From contig OZ244034.1 in assembly GCA_965215185.1 (NCBI GenBank), positions 1,536,001 to 1,600,000 on the forward strand: DNA of 64,000 nucleotides. The letters run 5' to 3'. This DNA comes from Acidimicrobiia bacterium (GTDB lineage: Bacteria; Actinomycetota; Acidimicrobiia; Spongiisociales; ZC4RG35). Positions 40,314 through 50,214 of the stretch are shown in pieces (positions within the stretch are counted from its first letter, which is position 1; the number at the start of each line of letters is the position of its first letter). The notes under the pieces are model-generated. The model had not been told where the DNA came from. It saw only the letters and a program-made list of their open reading frames with translations, and made no database searches. A program made the position numbers and the translations under genes.

Positions 40314-41201
40314 ATGTTAAGGCAGGAAGTGGACCGCCTAGACCGAGGCGGTTTCGACCCGGGAAAAGGGCTATGCACGTACCGGCTCACTGGGCAGAAG
40401 CTGAGCCTGGCCGCAGCAAAGGCTAGCCTACCTGCACCCAACCACACTGCCCTTGCCGACGCCCGCACGTCGGCAGCGCTGGTTGAGTTTCACGCTCCGC
40501 CCTCCGCACTACGGCGCCTTGTAGAGGCGGCCTGGACACCGGAGGTGACAGGCGGCACCGCAGTAACAGTGCGACATCCCTGGTCACCACCCCGTCGTGG
40601 ATCACTGCATCAGGCCGCTGCCCAAACCCCTTGGCCCGGTACTCCTACAGCAGGGACGGCGTTCTACCTTGACACGTTAGGCCGCTGCTTAGACGACGGA
40701 TTCCTTGACCTCTCTGAACAAACCTGGCTCGACCGCACAGCCGAAGTGCTCGGACTCAGCCACCAGGACAGAACTCAATTACACAACCAGTATTACGAGT
40801 TATTGAAAAAACAGATCCTCGCTGACGGGATCGTGACAGAGGGGGAGCGGCGGCTAGCCGAAAAGATAGCAGCGGCCCTCTCTCTCGGGCCCGCACATCT
40901 TCGAGCCACGCGGACCACAGCAGACCGCGTGACGCTCCAACCGGGCATGGCCGTGTGCTTCACCGGAACAGCAATCGTCAACGGCACACCTGCTAATCGA
41001 GAGTTGCTAGAGAAAATCGCCACGCAGGCCGGAATGCGGCCCCTCCAGTCGGTAACGAAAAGATGTGATCTGCTGGTAGCCGCCGACCCGCTATCTCAAT
41101 CCGGCAAGTCCCGCACGGCCAGAGCAAGGGGCATACCCATCATCAATACGGAGGACTTCCTAAACCAGGTCTGTCTACTCGATGCCGAGTGCTCTAGCTA
41201 A
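40314..41201 (+). pseudogene. 5'-truncated DnaQ-like exonuclease with C-terminal BRCT domain
   Basis: HTALADA (Exo III motif) but no Exo I/II; VCFTG..SVTKRCDLLVAADP.SQSGK..AR..GIPII BRCT. Confidence 0.7.
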
Positions 41202-43652
41202 GAGTGTTGCCATCTGGCCTCGGGTCACTGGTTGGGTGGGGCAGTAGCGCAGGGGCCCCGTGCTGCAGCCAATGGTGATTCCGGCTGCGGCGAGGGCGTC
41301 GATATGAGCCTCGTGGGTGTTGCCCGCAGTGTCGCTGAACCCTGCTGATGCGGCCGGGTGGAGGTCGAAGGAACGTACTAGGAACGACGCCATCTGGGCT
41401 CGGGTTACCGAATCGTCAGGGCAGTACCTCCGCGGCTGGGTCGCGCATCCCTTGGTGATTTGCAGTGCCGCAAGCCGCTCCACGTAGGGCATCCACCACG
41501 CCTGGGTCTCTACGTCATGGAAGGACGTCTGGTTGACCGCGGGCGGGTCTTGGCTGTCGAGTGCCCGTACCAGCCATACCGCCACAGTCCACCGTTTGAT
41601 TGCAGCGTTGGGACAGATGCTAGAAACGGCGCATTCAGTGTCATCCAGGACGCCTCTCTCAGCCAGGGCCTCCAGCGCCGCCGCATGAGTGTTCCCCAGG
41701 GTGTCGACGAACAATGGACAGATCCCTACACCCGCGATCGGCAAGTTATCAAAGGGTGACCCCGAAGACCCCGGCGCCCGGGGCACGCACAAGCCGGTGC
41801 CGGAAACCTGCAGTTCGGTGAGGTTTGTCAAGTCGGAGATCCCGTACGGAAGGCCACCGCTCAGGTCGTTACCGGAGAGGTCAAGCCGGATGAGTTCGGT
41901 CAGTTGACCAATCTCTTCGGGTACCGATCCCATCAAGCCGTTGCCGAACGGGCCGCTGAGGTCGATCTCGGTTACCCGTCCGGCGGAGTCTGTAGATAAA
42001 CCGTGCCATTGACTCAGCAGCGCGTCGGTCTTCCAGCCCCAGGTATTGAACCAGGTGTCTCCGCCCGTGCTGTCGAACAATGCCACGAGTGCCGCCCGGT
42101 CGCCCACATGAGCAGGAGCACCCGATGGGGCGGGACCGTAGGTGTAGTTGGCGGCGGCGCTTAGAACCGTCCTACGTAGACGGTTGCAAGTCCCAAGAAC
42201 GATGATGCCGGGTTTGTTTGCGATCATTGCGAACGTGAGTGTCTCGCCATTGGGTGCCACAGTCGTCCCGGCCAGAGCGGTCGCGTCGTCGAGTTGGCCC
42301 GTCTTTGCTCTCACAGTGTTGAGCTGCTTTTCGCTTCCCCGAGACCGAACCGGTCCGCAGCTTCTCAGCGTTCCTCTCTCGCCTGACACGGACAGACCCT
42401 CGACCAGTGGTGAACCTGGACCTGCCAGCACCAGCAATTCTGCGACAGCCGCACAGGTGAGGCGGTTGGAGTAAGACAGGCCCGAGCCATCAGCGATTAC
42501 AAGTCCGTCCGCCAGGGGTCCCAGCTTTTGACGCAGAAGTGTTTGAACGCTGGCCGCTGCAGTGGCGCGATCCGAGCCTCCGGTTCGGCGGCCGATCTCC
42601 TTCAGGAGCATTTCTGCAATGGTGTTGTCTGAGTAGCTCAGCATGCGGGTGAGGATCTCGGACAAAGGCGGTGACTCGATGGCGCCGAGCATCGTCCGCT
42701 TGCTCAGAGCCGGAGCCACGCCGGCCAAAGGCCTCTGCGTGATCACCATTCCCCGCGCCTCAAGGAGGTTGTCGAAGACCGAAGCGGCATGCTGGGCAGG
42801 GTTCCCCGCTCGCACACTCCGGCGTCGGCCCTCGCTCGTTAACGTCGGCGAGTAGGACGAGAATCCGCCGTTGAGAAGCAGGGCAGACAGCGGGCCGGCA
42901 TTGTTAGAGGTCACGAAGGAGCGTTTCCACACAGGGTCAGCGCCCTCGGACAGAAACTCTCCGGTATAGTCCCGTTGCTTTTCAGGGAACCAGGACTCGT
43001 CTCCCACCAACCCGCCCTCGATTCTTCTGACGCCACGGGCGGCGAGAGTTGCGAACACCCGGTCAGCGAGCTTGGTGATGTCGGTGTGGGCAACAGGAAC
43101 TCCATAGCGATTGGCATAGCCGGACGTGGACAGCACCGGATCGCCCTGCCCGATGAGGTACAAGTCGCCTCTCAGCACCCCGCCGGTGATCGACTCCATA
43201 GCATCGGCCCGGGCAAACACTTCCGTGGAATAGACCTCGTCGGGGCGAATGACCTCGAGGGCGGTGGTGGCGGTAACCACCTTCATGAGAGACGCGGGGA
43301 GGAGGGCTGCTCTGGACTGAGACTCGAAGATCGACTCGTCGTTGAGGACGACTGACAGGCACATCGAATCGGAGGCCTCCCGTAGCGACAGCACAGCCGA
43401 GAACTCCCCTGCCAGACGATCACGTGTCTCTTGGTCCAGCGGCGCCGATTCATTCGCAGACGATCCGAATGCCGTCAGAGGAAACAGCAACGACGCCAGG
43501 AACGCCACCAGGGAGAGGGCGATGAAACGTCTAGCCCGGCGACGCGCGGCCGTCCCTATCCCCCGCAGCCGAACCGTCGGCCTGCCATCCCGCAGGCGCC
43601 GGACACTGTCGCTGCGTCGTCCTTCCAAAGAGGGTCGCATCAAAGGAGCCAT
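41175..43652 (-). CDS. dacB: D-Ala-D-Ala carboxypeptidase/endopeptidase (S13) fused to LRR and SLH domains
   Basis: PASLMK, SDN, KTG; DRAALVALF..W.G..GRVTEIDL..GSVPEEIGQL..LDLSGNDLSG LRR; TRAQMASFL and TRGQMATLL SLH. Confidence 0.88.
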   Translation of the reverse strand: MAPLMRPSLEGRRSDSVRRLRDGRPTVRLRGIGTAARRRARRFIALSLVAFLASLLFPLTAFGSSANESAPLDQETRDRLAGEFSAVLSLREASDSMCLSVVLNDESIFESQSRAALLPASLMKVVTATTALEVIRPDEVYSTEVFARADAMESITGGVLRGDLYLIGQGDPVLSTSGYANRYGVPVAHTDITKLADRVFATLAARGVRRIEGGLVGDESWFPEKQRDYTGEFLSEGADPVWKRSFVTSNNAGPLSALLLNGGFSSYSPTLTSEGRRRSVRAGNPAQHAASVFDNLLEARGMVITQRPLAGVAPALSKRTMLGAIESPPLSEILTRMLSYSDNTIAEMLLKEIGRRTGGSDRATAAASVQTLLRQKLGPLADGLVIADGSGLSYSNRLTCAAVAELLVLAGPGSPLVEGLSVSGERGTLRSCGPVRSRGSEKQLNTVRAKTGQLDDATALAGTTVAPNGETLTFAMIANKPGIIVLGTCNRLRRTVLSAAANYTYGPAPSGAPAHVGDRAALVALFDSTGGDTWFNTWGWKTDALLSQWHGLSTDSAGRVTEIDLSGPFGNGLMGSVPEEIGQLTELIRLDLSGNDLSGGLPYGISDLTNLTELQVSGTGLCVPRAPGSSGSPFDNLPIAGVGICPLFVDTLGNTHAAALEALAERGVLDDTECAVSSICPNAAIKRWTVAVWLVRALDSQDPPAVNQTSFHDVETQAWWMPYVERLAALQITKGCATQPRRYCPDDSVTRAQMASFLVRSFDLHPAASAGFSDTAGNTHEAHIDALAAAGITIGCSTGPLRYCPTQPVTRGQMATLLARALGIE

Positions 43653-43804
43653 TCTATGGGACTGGGCGAAGAATCATAGAGCCTTAGAAATTGCTGGCCC
43701 TGCTGTCGTGAAGGGCTCAGTTCGTCCTGCGGTGTACTTTCCGGACGGGCGCTTCGGAGGGGCGTCGCGGTTCGTGCCGCTGTTTCGTCTAAGGAGATCA
43801 AGGG

Positions 43805-43980
43805 AGATACCTCGATGACCTCGAACCCGTTGACGGTGATGTCGATGACGGCCGGACAGTGTAAACCCGGTCAACCACCCGGGCGCCGGTCAGAGGATAT
43901 GAGCACCGCTCGACGAGGTTGGGTGTCCCCTCCCGGTCGCAACGCATCGTTAACACCTGCACGATCTTAACCCCGGATGG
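43805..43980 (-). pseudogene. C-terminal remnant of a second CoA-transferase B gene
   Basis: GVK..GTPNLVERCSYPLTGA.VV.RVYT / AVIDITVNGFEVIEVS, closely parallel to 32210-32380. Confidence 0.75.
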
Positions 43981-44188
43981 CATGGTCTGGGTCGTGGCCA
44001 AAGGGAATTATCGGGAGCGCCGGGAGGTCGAAGGGCTACTCAAGGGCGGGCGGAGCCTGGGGTGGTTCCGAAACGTCTACTCATGTTTCAGGACATCCCA
44101 TAAACCAGATCCACAGCCTATTCGTAACATACCCTACGCTCCGATCTACTCTGAAGGTAGAGGCAACTGATGACAAGGAGTTCGCCGA

Positions 44189-45172
44189 ATGAACCATATG
44201 AGAACCGGATCCGGAGACCCCCCCATACCCCCACCTTCAGTCCGAGATGTGCAAGAGGCCGCCCGACGGATAAGCGGAGTGGCGATACGCACGCCGCTGC
44301 TGAGGTACAAACCTTCTGAGCCCGGAGAACCCATCTGGCTTAAGGCAGAGTGCCTCCAGCCTGTCGGATCGTTCAAGCTACGAGGGGTGTTCAACTGGGC
44401 ACGATCGCTGTCCGACGCTGAGCTTGCAAGGGGAGTGACCACGCAGAGCGCGGGCAACACCGCGCAGGCCCTCGGGTACGCGGCCCGGCTGCTGGGGGTT
44501 CCGGCCCGAAGTCTCTTGCCCGACAGCGCCCCGAAAGTGAAGGTCGATGGGGTCCGCGCTTACGGCGTCACGCCGGTACCGGTGCCATTCTCGGCACTGA
44601 TGGACTACGTATTTGACAAGGGATGGGAGAAAGAGCCTTACAGCTACCTCAACCCTTGGGGGGATCCCTCGATGCTGGCGGGCTCCGGAACGATTGCGAT
44701 CGAGATCTTGGATGAGCTTCCCGAGGTGACGGCAATCTATATACCCGTAGGTGGCGGCGGATTGGTGGCTGGTATAGGCAGTGTGATCAAAGAACTCCGA
44801 CCGGCCGTAGAGATCATAGGAGTTCAAAGCATGGCCTGTCCCTCTCTCCGAGCAGCCCTGGACGCCGGTGAACCGAGATGGGTCGAAACAGGAGAAACGA
44901 TATGTGACGGCACGATGGTGCCGGTGGTGGTCGATGAGATGTACCCATTGGTGAGTTCTGTGGTCGACAGGGTCGTCCTGGTTTCGGAAGCCGATGTCCG
45001 CAGGGCCATCGCTCATCTGGTATTGAGGAACAAGCTGGTGGTTGAGGGGTCCGGCGCCATGTCGCTGGCGGCCGCCCTCAGGGAGGAGCGGGATGGTCCG
45101 GTTGCTTGCATTCTGAGCGGCGGGAGCATCGGCGCGGACCGGTTGGCGGACATCCTGACTGCGGAAGCCTAG
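44189..45172 (+). CDS. Threonine/serine dehydratase-family PLP enzyme
   Basis: RTPL, KAECLQPVGSFKLRG, SAGN, PVGGGGL, LVVEGSGA, LSGG. Confidence 0.92.
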   Translation: MNHMRTGSGDPPIPPPSVRDVQEAARRISGVAIRTPLLRYKPSEPGEPIWLKAECLQPVGSFKLRGVFNWARSLSDAELARGVTTQSAGNTAQALGYAARLLGVPARSLLPDSAPKVKVDGVRAYGVTPVPVPFSALMDYVFDKGWEKEPYSYLNPWGDPSMLAGSGTIAIEILDELPEVTAIYIPVGGGGLVAGIGSVIKELRPAVEIIGVQSMACPSLRAALDAGEPRWVETGETICDGTMVPVVVDEMYPLVSSVVDRVVLVSEADVRRAIAHLVLRNKLVVEGSGAMSLAAALREERDGPVACILSGGSIGADRLADILTAEA

Positions 45173-45335
45173 CGAAGGTCACACGTTCGGGTCTCATCGG
45201 TATCCAAGCGATGTCCAGCTCGTGAGTAGTGAATGGAGCGTGCTGACCAGCGACGAGTCTTTGTCTGCGGTGGTGTCGATCGCGACTGGCTGATGCCTAC
45301 CAGGCAGGTTTCGACAACGCCATCAACCACTGACC

Positions 45336-46862
45336 TCAGCTGAGAGGGCCCGTCACCATCTCGACTGCCCTCACCAGCGTCTCTTCTTCGAGCAGCTGCT
45401 CAGCCGCTAGAAGCTCGGGCGCCAGGGGACGGTCGGGACCAGGTCCGGGAACCCGGGTCCGCAACAAGTCTACGGCCGCTGCGGTGGCATCAGCCGGCAG
45501 TAGGGGGGCGCGCAGTTCCACGGCCCGAGCCGCAGTGACCCACTCGATGGCCAGGATGCGACGCAGGTTGTCGACCACGCGGCGAAGTTTGCGGGCCGCG
45601 CTCCAGCCCATCGAGACATGATCCTCCTGCATGGCCGAGGTGGGGATCGAATCGACTACTGCGGGGGCGGCCAGACGGCGGTTCTCGGCGCACATCGCAG
45701 CCGCGGTGTACTGGGCGATCATCAAGCCGCTGTCGACACCGGGGTCGGCGGCCAGGAAAGGAGGTAGACCGTGGGAGCGGTTGGAGTCGAGCAACCGGTC
45801 GAGACGACGCTCGGCGATAGCGCCGACCTCAGCCAGGGCGATCGCCAGGTAATCGGCCGCCATTGCCACCGGCTCCCCATGAAAGTTGCCACACGACTCG
45901 ATCCGGCCGTCGGGAAGCACCATCGGATTGTCGATGGCCGACGCCAGCTCCCGGTCCGCCACACCCGTCACGAACCCCAGGGTGTCGCGCGCCGCGCCAT
46001 GAACCTGGGGGGTGCACCGGATCGAGTAAGCGTCCTGCACCCGAACATCGCCGGTGCGGTGGCTGGCGACGATCGGCGATCCCGCCAGCACGACGCGGAG
46101 GTTGGCGGCGCTCAACGCCTGACCTGGATGCGGCCTGAGCGCCTGGAGGTCGGCAGCGTATGCCCGGTCGGTACCCATGAGACCCTCGACGCTGAGGGCC
46201 GCCACGATGTCGGCGACGGTGAGGAGCACAGAAGCGTCATGAACCGCAAGACAGAGCATGCCCAGGATCCCGTCGGTCCCGTTGATGAGCGCCAAGCCCT
46301 CCTTCTCTACCAGCTCCACCGGCTCGATGCCCGCCTGAGCCATCGCCGCCCGGCCTTCGCCTACGCCCACGTCGGTAAGGACCTCGCCCTCACCGATGAG
46401 GACCAACGCCGCGTGGGCCAGAGGCGCCAGGTCGCCACTGGCACCGAGGGAGCCATGCTCGGGGACGACGGGAACGACACCCGCGTTAATCATCCGCACC
46501 AGCGTCTCGGCGACCAGCGGTCGCGCCCCCGAGAAGCCGAGGGCCAGGGTCCGCGTCCGCAGAAACATCATAGCCCGAACGACTTCGATCTCTACAGCCG
46601 ACCCCATCCCTGCTGCGTGGGAGCGGATCAGGGAACGCTGGAGTGCAGCCCGTCGATCGGTGGGAATCGTCGTGGAGGCCAGGGCGCCGAAGCCGGTGGA
46701 GACACCGTAGGTAGGGTCGCCCTCCGCCAGGTGTTCGACGATCCGGCGAGTAACGGACATCCGCTCGATAGCGAAATCGCTGAGATGAACCTGCTCCCCG
46801 CGGCGCGCAACCGCAACAACATCGGAGATTGTTACGCCGGGACCTTCGAGCTCCACACTCAT
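45336..46862 (-). CDS. hutH: Histidine ammonia-lyase
   Basis: YGVSTGFG, SHAAG, GSLGASGDLAPL (MIO), KEGLALINGT, QDAYSIRC, QEDHVSMG. Confidence 0.97.
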   Translation of the reverse strand: MSVELEGPGVTISDVVAVARRGEQVHLSDFAIERMSVTRRIVEHLAEGDPTYGVSTGFGALASTTIPTDRRAALQRSLIRSHAAGMGSAVEIEVVRAMMFLRTRTLALGFSGARPLVAETLVRMINAGVVPVVPEHGSLGASGDLAPLAHAALVLIGEGEVLTDVGVGEGRAAMAQAGIEPVELVEKEGLALINGTDGILGMLCLAVHDASVLLTVADIVAALSVEGLMGTDRAYAADLQALRPHPGQALSAANLRVVLAGSPIVASHRTGDVRVQDAYSIRCTPQVHGAARDTLGFVTGVADRELASAIDNPMVLPDGRIESCGNFHGEPVAMAADYLAIALAEVGAIAERRLDRLLDSNRSHGLPPFLAADPGVDSGLMIAQYTAAAMCAENRRLAAPAVVDSIPTSAMQEDHVSMGWSAARKLRRVVDNLRRILAIEWVTAARAVELRAPLLPADATAAAVDLLRTRVPGPGPDRPLAPELLAAEQLLEEETLVRAVEMVTGPLS

Positions 46863-47581
46863 GGACGTACTGACTTAGCCCTGCAAAGAGAGCTCGACGT
46901 AGCCTCAGCGGCATCTACCACGGCCGCGGTTGCAATCTCCAAGCGCTCCCCGACAAGCCGCTCGGCAGGACCCAGGACCGAGAAGGCCCCGATCACACCT
47001 GCCGACTCGTGGATGGGCGCCACCACGGCGGTGACATCGGGCTCGATTGCGCCGGTGTTGAGCACCGACTTCGACCGAACGCCGAGCACCGGCGCTTCGC
47101 TGAGCAGAGCCTCACCTACCGCGGTGCCCTCAAGTGGCACCGACTTGCCTACCCAGCCGACGTGACGGATGGCCCGCCGGCTCTCGACCGTGGCAATGTA
47201 GACCGCCTCGCTTCCATCCCGCACGGCCAGATACGCAGACTCTTCAGTGACCTCGGCCAAACGCTCGAGGCCCGGTTGGGCCACCGCCATGAGTCGGGCG
47301 TAGGGACCCGACTGGAAAGAGGCCACAGCGATACGCACGAACGCGGGTCCGACCGAGTACAGACCCCGATCGTCCCGTACCAGATAGCCCCGGTTCGTCA
47401 GAAGCCGTAGATGCCGCAAGGCGGTGCTGGTTGGTATATCAGCCTCGGCGGCCGCGTCCGTGAGGGTGACCGCCCCGTTGGTGATGACAGTGTCCAGTAA
47501 GGCGAGCACCCGCTCCGCCGAACGTGACTTGTGCAGGGTCGATGGGGACTCGCCATTGGATGCAGGCCTATCGGAAGCCAT
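46859..47581 (-). CDS. IclR-family transcriptional regulator of the hut genes
   Basis: SAERVLALL, PTSTALRHL, EESAYL, VG..PL..TAVG.ALL, VVAPI..FSVLGP; overlaps hutH start. Confidence 0.92.
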   Translation of the reverse strand: MASDRPASNGESPSTLHKSRSAERVLALLDTVITNGAVTLTDAAAEADIPTSTALRHLRLLTNRGYLVRDDRGLYSVGPAFVRIAVASFQSGPYARLMAVAQPGLERLAEVTEESAYLAVRDGSEAVYIATVESRRAIRHVGWVGKSVPLEGTAVGEALLSEAPVLGVRSKSVLNTGAIEPDVTAVVAPIHESAGVIGAFSVLGPAERLVGERLEIATAAVVDAAEATSSSLCRAKSVRP

Positions 47582-47605
47582 GCGATCGGGTCTGAGGTTG
47601 ACTGA

Positions 47606-47620
47606 TTTCATTGAATGAAA
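47606..47620. promoter_or_regulatory. Probable IclR operator
   Basis: Perfect palindrome tttcatt-g-aatgaaa in the divergent iclR/hutU intergenic region; TATAAT near 47659. Confidence 0.65.
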
Positions 47621-47720
47621 AGCGTTGCTAGTAATCGACAGCATAGATGCACCATCGGTATAATGGCAACAAGCAGCCCGGACTTGTAAACGACCCACCG
47701 TGCAAATGTTGTGAGCCACC

Positions 47721-49412
47721 ATGACCGCCATCGGACAACATAGCTCAAGCGCACCACAGGGGGGCGTCCGCTCCCCGAGGGGCAAATCGTTGACCTGCCG
47801 CGGCTGGCCGCAAGAGGCCGCCTTCCGGATGCTTCAGAACAACCTCGACCCCGACGTCGCCGAGCGACCTGACGACTTGGTCGTCTATGGGGGTACGGGC
47901 CGGGCAGCCAGGTCATGGGACGCCTACCACGCAATGATCCGGTCGCTCACCACCCTCGACCACGACGAGACCATGCTCGTGCAGTCCGGCAAACCGGTGG
48001 GCATCCTCCGCACCCATGAGTGGGCGCCCAGGGTCCTCATCGCCAACTCCAACCTGGTCCCCGAATGGGGAACGTGGGACGAGTTCCGACGGCTCGAGCA
48101 CCTTGGCCTCACCATGTACGGGCAGATGACGGCCGGCTCGTGGATCTACATCGGCACCCAGGGCATCTTGCAGGGAACCTACGAATGCTTCGCCGCCATC
48201 GCCCGAAAGCGCTTCGCTGGATCACTGGCCGGCACCCTCACCATCACCGCCGGACTGGGCGGTATGGGTGGCGCCCAGCCGCTGGCCATCACCATGAACG
48301 ACGGCGTAGCCCTTTGCATCGAGGTTGATCCCGAACGAGCGGCTCGCCGTGTCGAGACCCGTTACCTGGACGTGGTCGCCGACAACTACGCCGATGCCCT
48401 CCGTCGCTGCCAAGAGGCGGTTGCGGCCCGAAGGCCCCTATCGGTGGGGTTGGTCGGTAACGCCGCTGACCTGTTGCCTCGCCTGCTGGCCGACGAGGTT
48501 GCGGCCGACATAGTCACCGACCAGACCTCGGCCCACGATCCCCTCACCTATGTCCCCAACGATCTCTCGCTTGAAGAGGCCACAGAGCTACGTAGAAGGA
48601 AGCCCGACGAGTACATCCAGCGGTCGCGCTTGGCCATGGCTACCCACGTCGAGGCCATGGTCGGTTTCCTCGATGCCGGTGCGGAGGTATTCGACTACGG
48701 CAACAGCCTCCGAGCCGAAGCCGCGCTCGGCGGCTACGACCGCGCCTTCGACTATCCCGGATTCCTGCCTGCATACATCCGCCCGCTGTTCTGCGAAGGC
48801 AAGGGGCCGTTTCGTTGGGTGGCCTTGTCTGGCGACCCGGCAGACATCGCCGCCACCGATCGGGCGGTACTCGACGAGTTCCCAGACAACGAAGCTCTTG
48901 CCCGATGGATAGCACTGGCGGGCGAGAGAGTCGCCTTCCAGGGTCTCCCGGCTCGGATCTGCTGGCTGGGTTATGGGGAGCGCCATCGACTAGGGCTACG
49001 GTTCAACGAGATGGTCCGATCGGGAGATCTGGCCGCCCCTATCGTCATCGGCCGCGACCATCTCGACTCCGGCTCGGTAGCTTCGCCATACCGCGAGACC
49101 GAGGACATGGCAGATGGAAGCGATGCCATCGCCGACTGGCCCCTTCTCAACGCCCTGGTCAATACGTCGTCGGGAGCGTCGTGGGTAAGCATCCACCACG
49201 GTGGCGGCGTCGGAATCGGCCGGTCGATCCATGCCGGCCAGGTGTGCGTCGCCGATGGCACCGATCTGGCAGCGGCGAAGCTGGAGCGGGTCCTACTCAA
49301 CGACCCGGCCACCGGGGTCATGCGACACGTCGACGCCGGCTACGACGAGGCCATCCGGGTCGCCGCCGACCGCGGAGTGCGCATACCCATGTCGGAGAAG
49401 ACCCGGCGATAG
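47721..49412 (+). CDS. hutU: Urocanate hydratase
   Basis: [54 protein letters not shown]. Confidence 0.97.
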   Translation: MTAIGQHSSSAPQGGVRSPRGKSLTCRGWPQEAAFRMLQNNLDPDVAERPDDLVVYGGTGRAARSWDAYHAMIRSLTTLDHDETMLVQSGKPVGILRTHEWAPRVLIANSNLVPEWGTWDEFRRLEHLGLTMYGQMTAGSWIYIGTQGILQGTYECFAAIARKRFAGSLAGTLTITAGLGGMGGAQPLAITMNDGVALCIEVDPERAARRVETRYLDVVADNYADALRRCQEAVAARRPLSVGLVGNAADLLPRLLADEVAADIVTDQTSAHDPLTYVPNDLSLEEATELRRRKPDEYIQRSRLAMATHVEAMVGFLDAGAEVFDYGNSLRAEAALGGYDRAFDYPGFLPAYIRPLFCEGKGPFRWVALSGDPADIAATDRAVLDEFPDNEALARWIALAGERVAFQGLPARICWLGYGERHRLGLRFNEMVRSGDLAAPIVIGRDHLDSGSVASPYRETEDMADGSDAIADWPLLNALVNTSSGASWVSIHHGGGVGIGRSIHAGQVCVADGTDLAAAKLERVLLNDPATGVMRHVDAGYDEAIRVAADRGVRIPMSEKTRR

Positions 49413-49648
49413 TGGCCGACAGCCGTTGTCAGGGTGGGCGCCGACCGGATGTCGAAGCTCGCGGCTCAACCCTTCCCCAGCGGCCGTTCCGCCACCCGCA
49501 ACTGTCCTGCCAACCGGTGTCGGTTATCTCGGAGAGCCAACTTGAAGCTATCCACGGAGCCTCACTGGAAGTTCTGCGAGATGGAGGCATCGACATGTTA
49601 CATCCTAAAGCCCGGTCCCCCCTCGACCACGCGCCGTTAACACAATGA
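49412..49648 (+). pseudogene. N-terminal remnant of an MttB-superfamily (trimethylamine methyltransferase-like) gene
   Basis: QRPFRHP..QPVSVISESQLEAIHGASLEVLRDGGIDMLHPKAR; GTG overlaps the hutU stop and TGA overlaps the def ATG. Confidence 0.65.
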
Positions 49649-50214
49649 CTGTCCGCCGAATTCTCTCTATCGGCCACCCCATATTGCGGACAAAGACGAC
49701 GCCGGTCCCGCGTGCGGACATCTCCAGCTCGCGTATCCAGGGCCTCATCGACGACCTCATCGACACCATGCGCCACGCCAACGGGGCAGGCATAGCGGCC
49801 AACCAGATAGGAGAAACCGTCCGGATCCTCACCATCGAGGTCAACGACAACCCTCGCTACCCCTACAAGCCCTCTGTGCCCTTGACAGTGGCCATCAATC
49901 CGCAGCTCGAGATCCTGGATGACGAGAAAGTGATCATCAACGAGGGATGTCTGTCGGTGCCGTTGAGAGGCGAGCTTGTCCGCTCGGTCAACCTGCGGGT
50001 CCGCTACACCGATCGAGCGGGCATCGACCACGACCGGGTCGTGCGAGGGCTCACCGCCGGCACCTGGCAGCACGAGTGCGACCACCTCGACGGCATCCTG
50101 GTGGTCGATCGGATCGACCCCACAACGCTCAGTACATGGGAGCAGTTCAAGGTACACCACCACGACGCCTTCGTCGAGCGCATCACTCGCTTCGTCGCCG
50201 AGATCGGATCGTGA
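49645..50214 (+). CDS. def: Peptide deformylase-family protein
   Basis: IGHPILR, GAGIAANQIG, INP, EGCLSV, QHECDHLDG. Confidence 0.93.
   Translation: MTVRRILSIGHPILRTKTTPVPRADISSSRIQGLIDDLIDTMRHANGAGIAANQIGETVRILTIEVNDNPRYPYKPSVPLTVAINPQLEILDDEKVIINEGCLSVPLRGELVRSVNLRVRYTDRAGIDHDRVVRGLTAGTWQHECDHLDGILVVDRIDPTTLSTWEQFKVHHHDAFVERITRFVAEIGS

Noticed and set aside
45771-47165. Long antisense or alternate-frame ORFs (also 414-1040, 12962-14056, 22290-23327, 32614-33663)
   Set aside because: Shadow ORFs of high-GC genes with no motifs.
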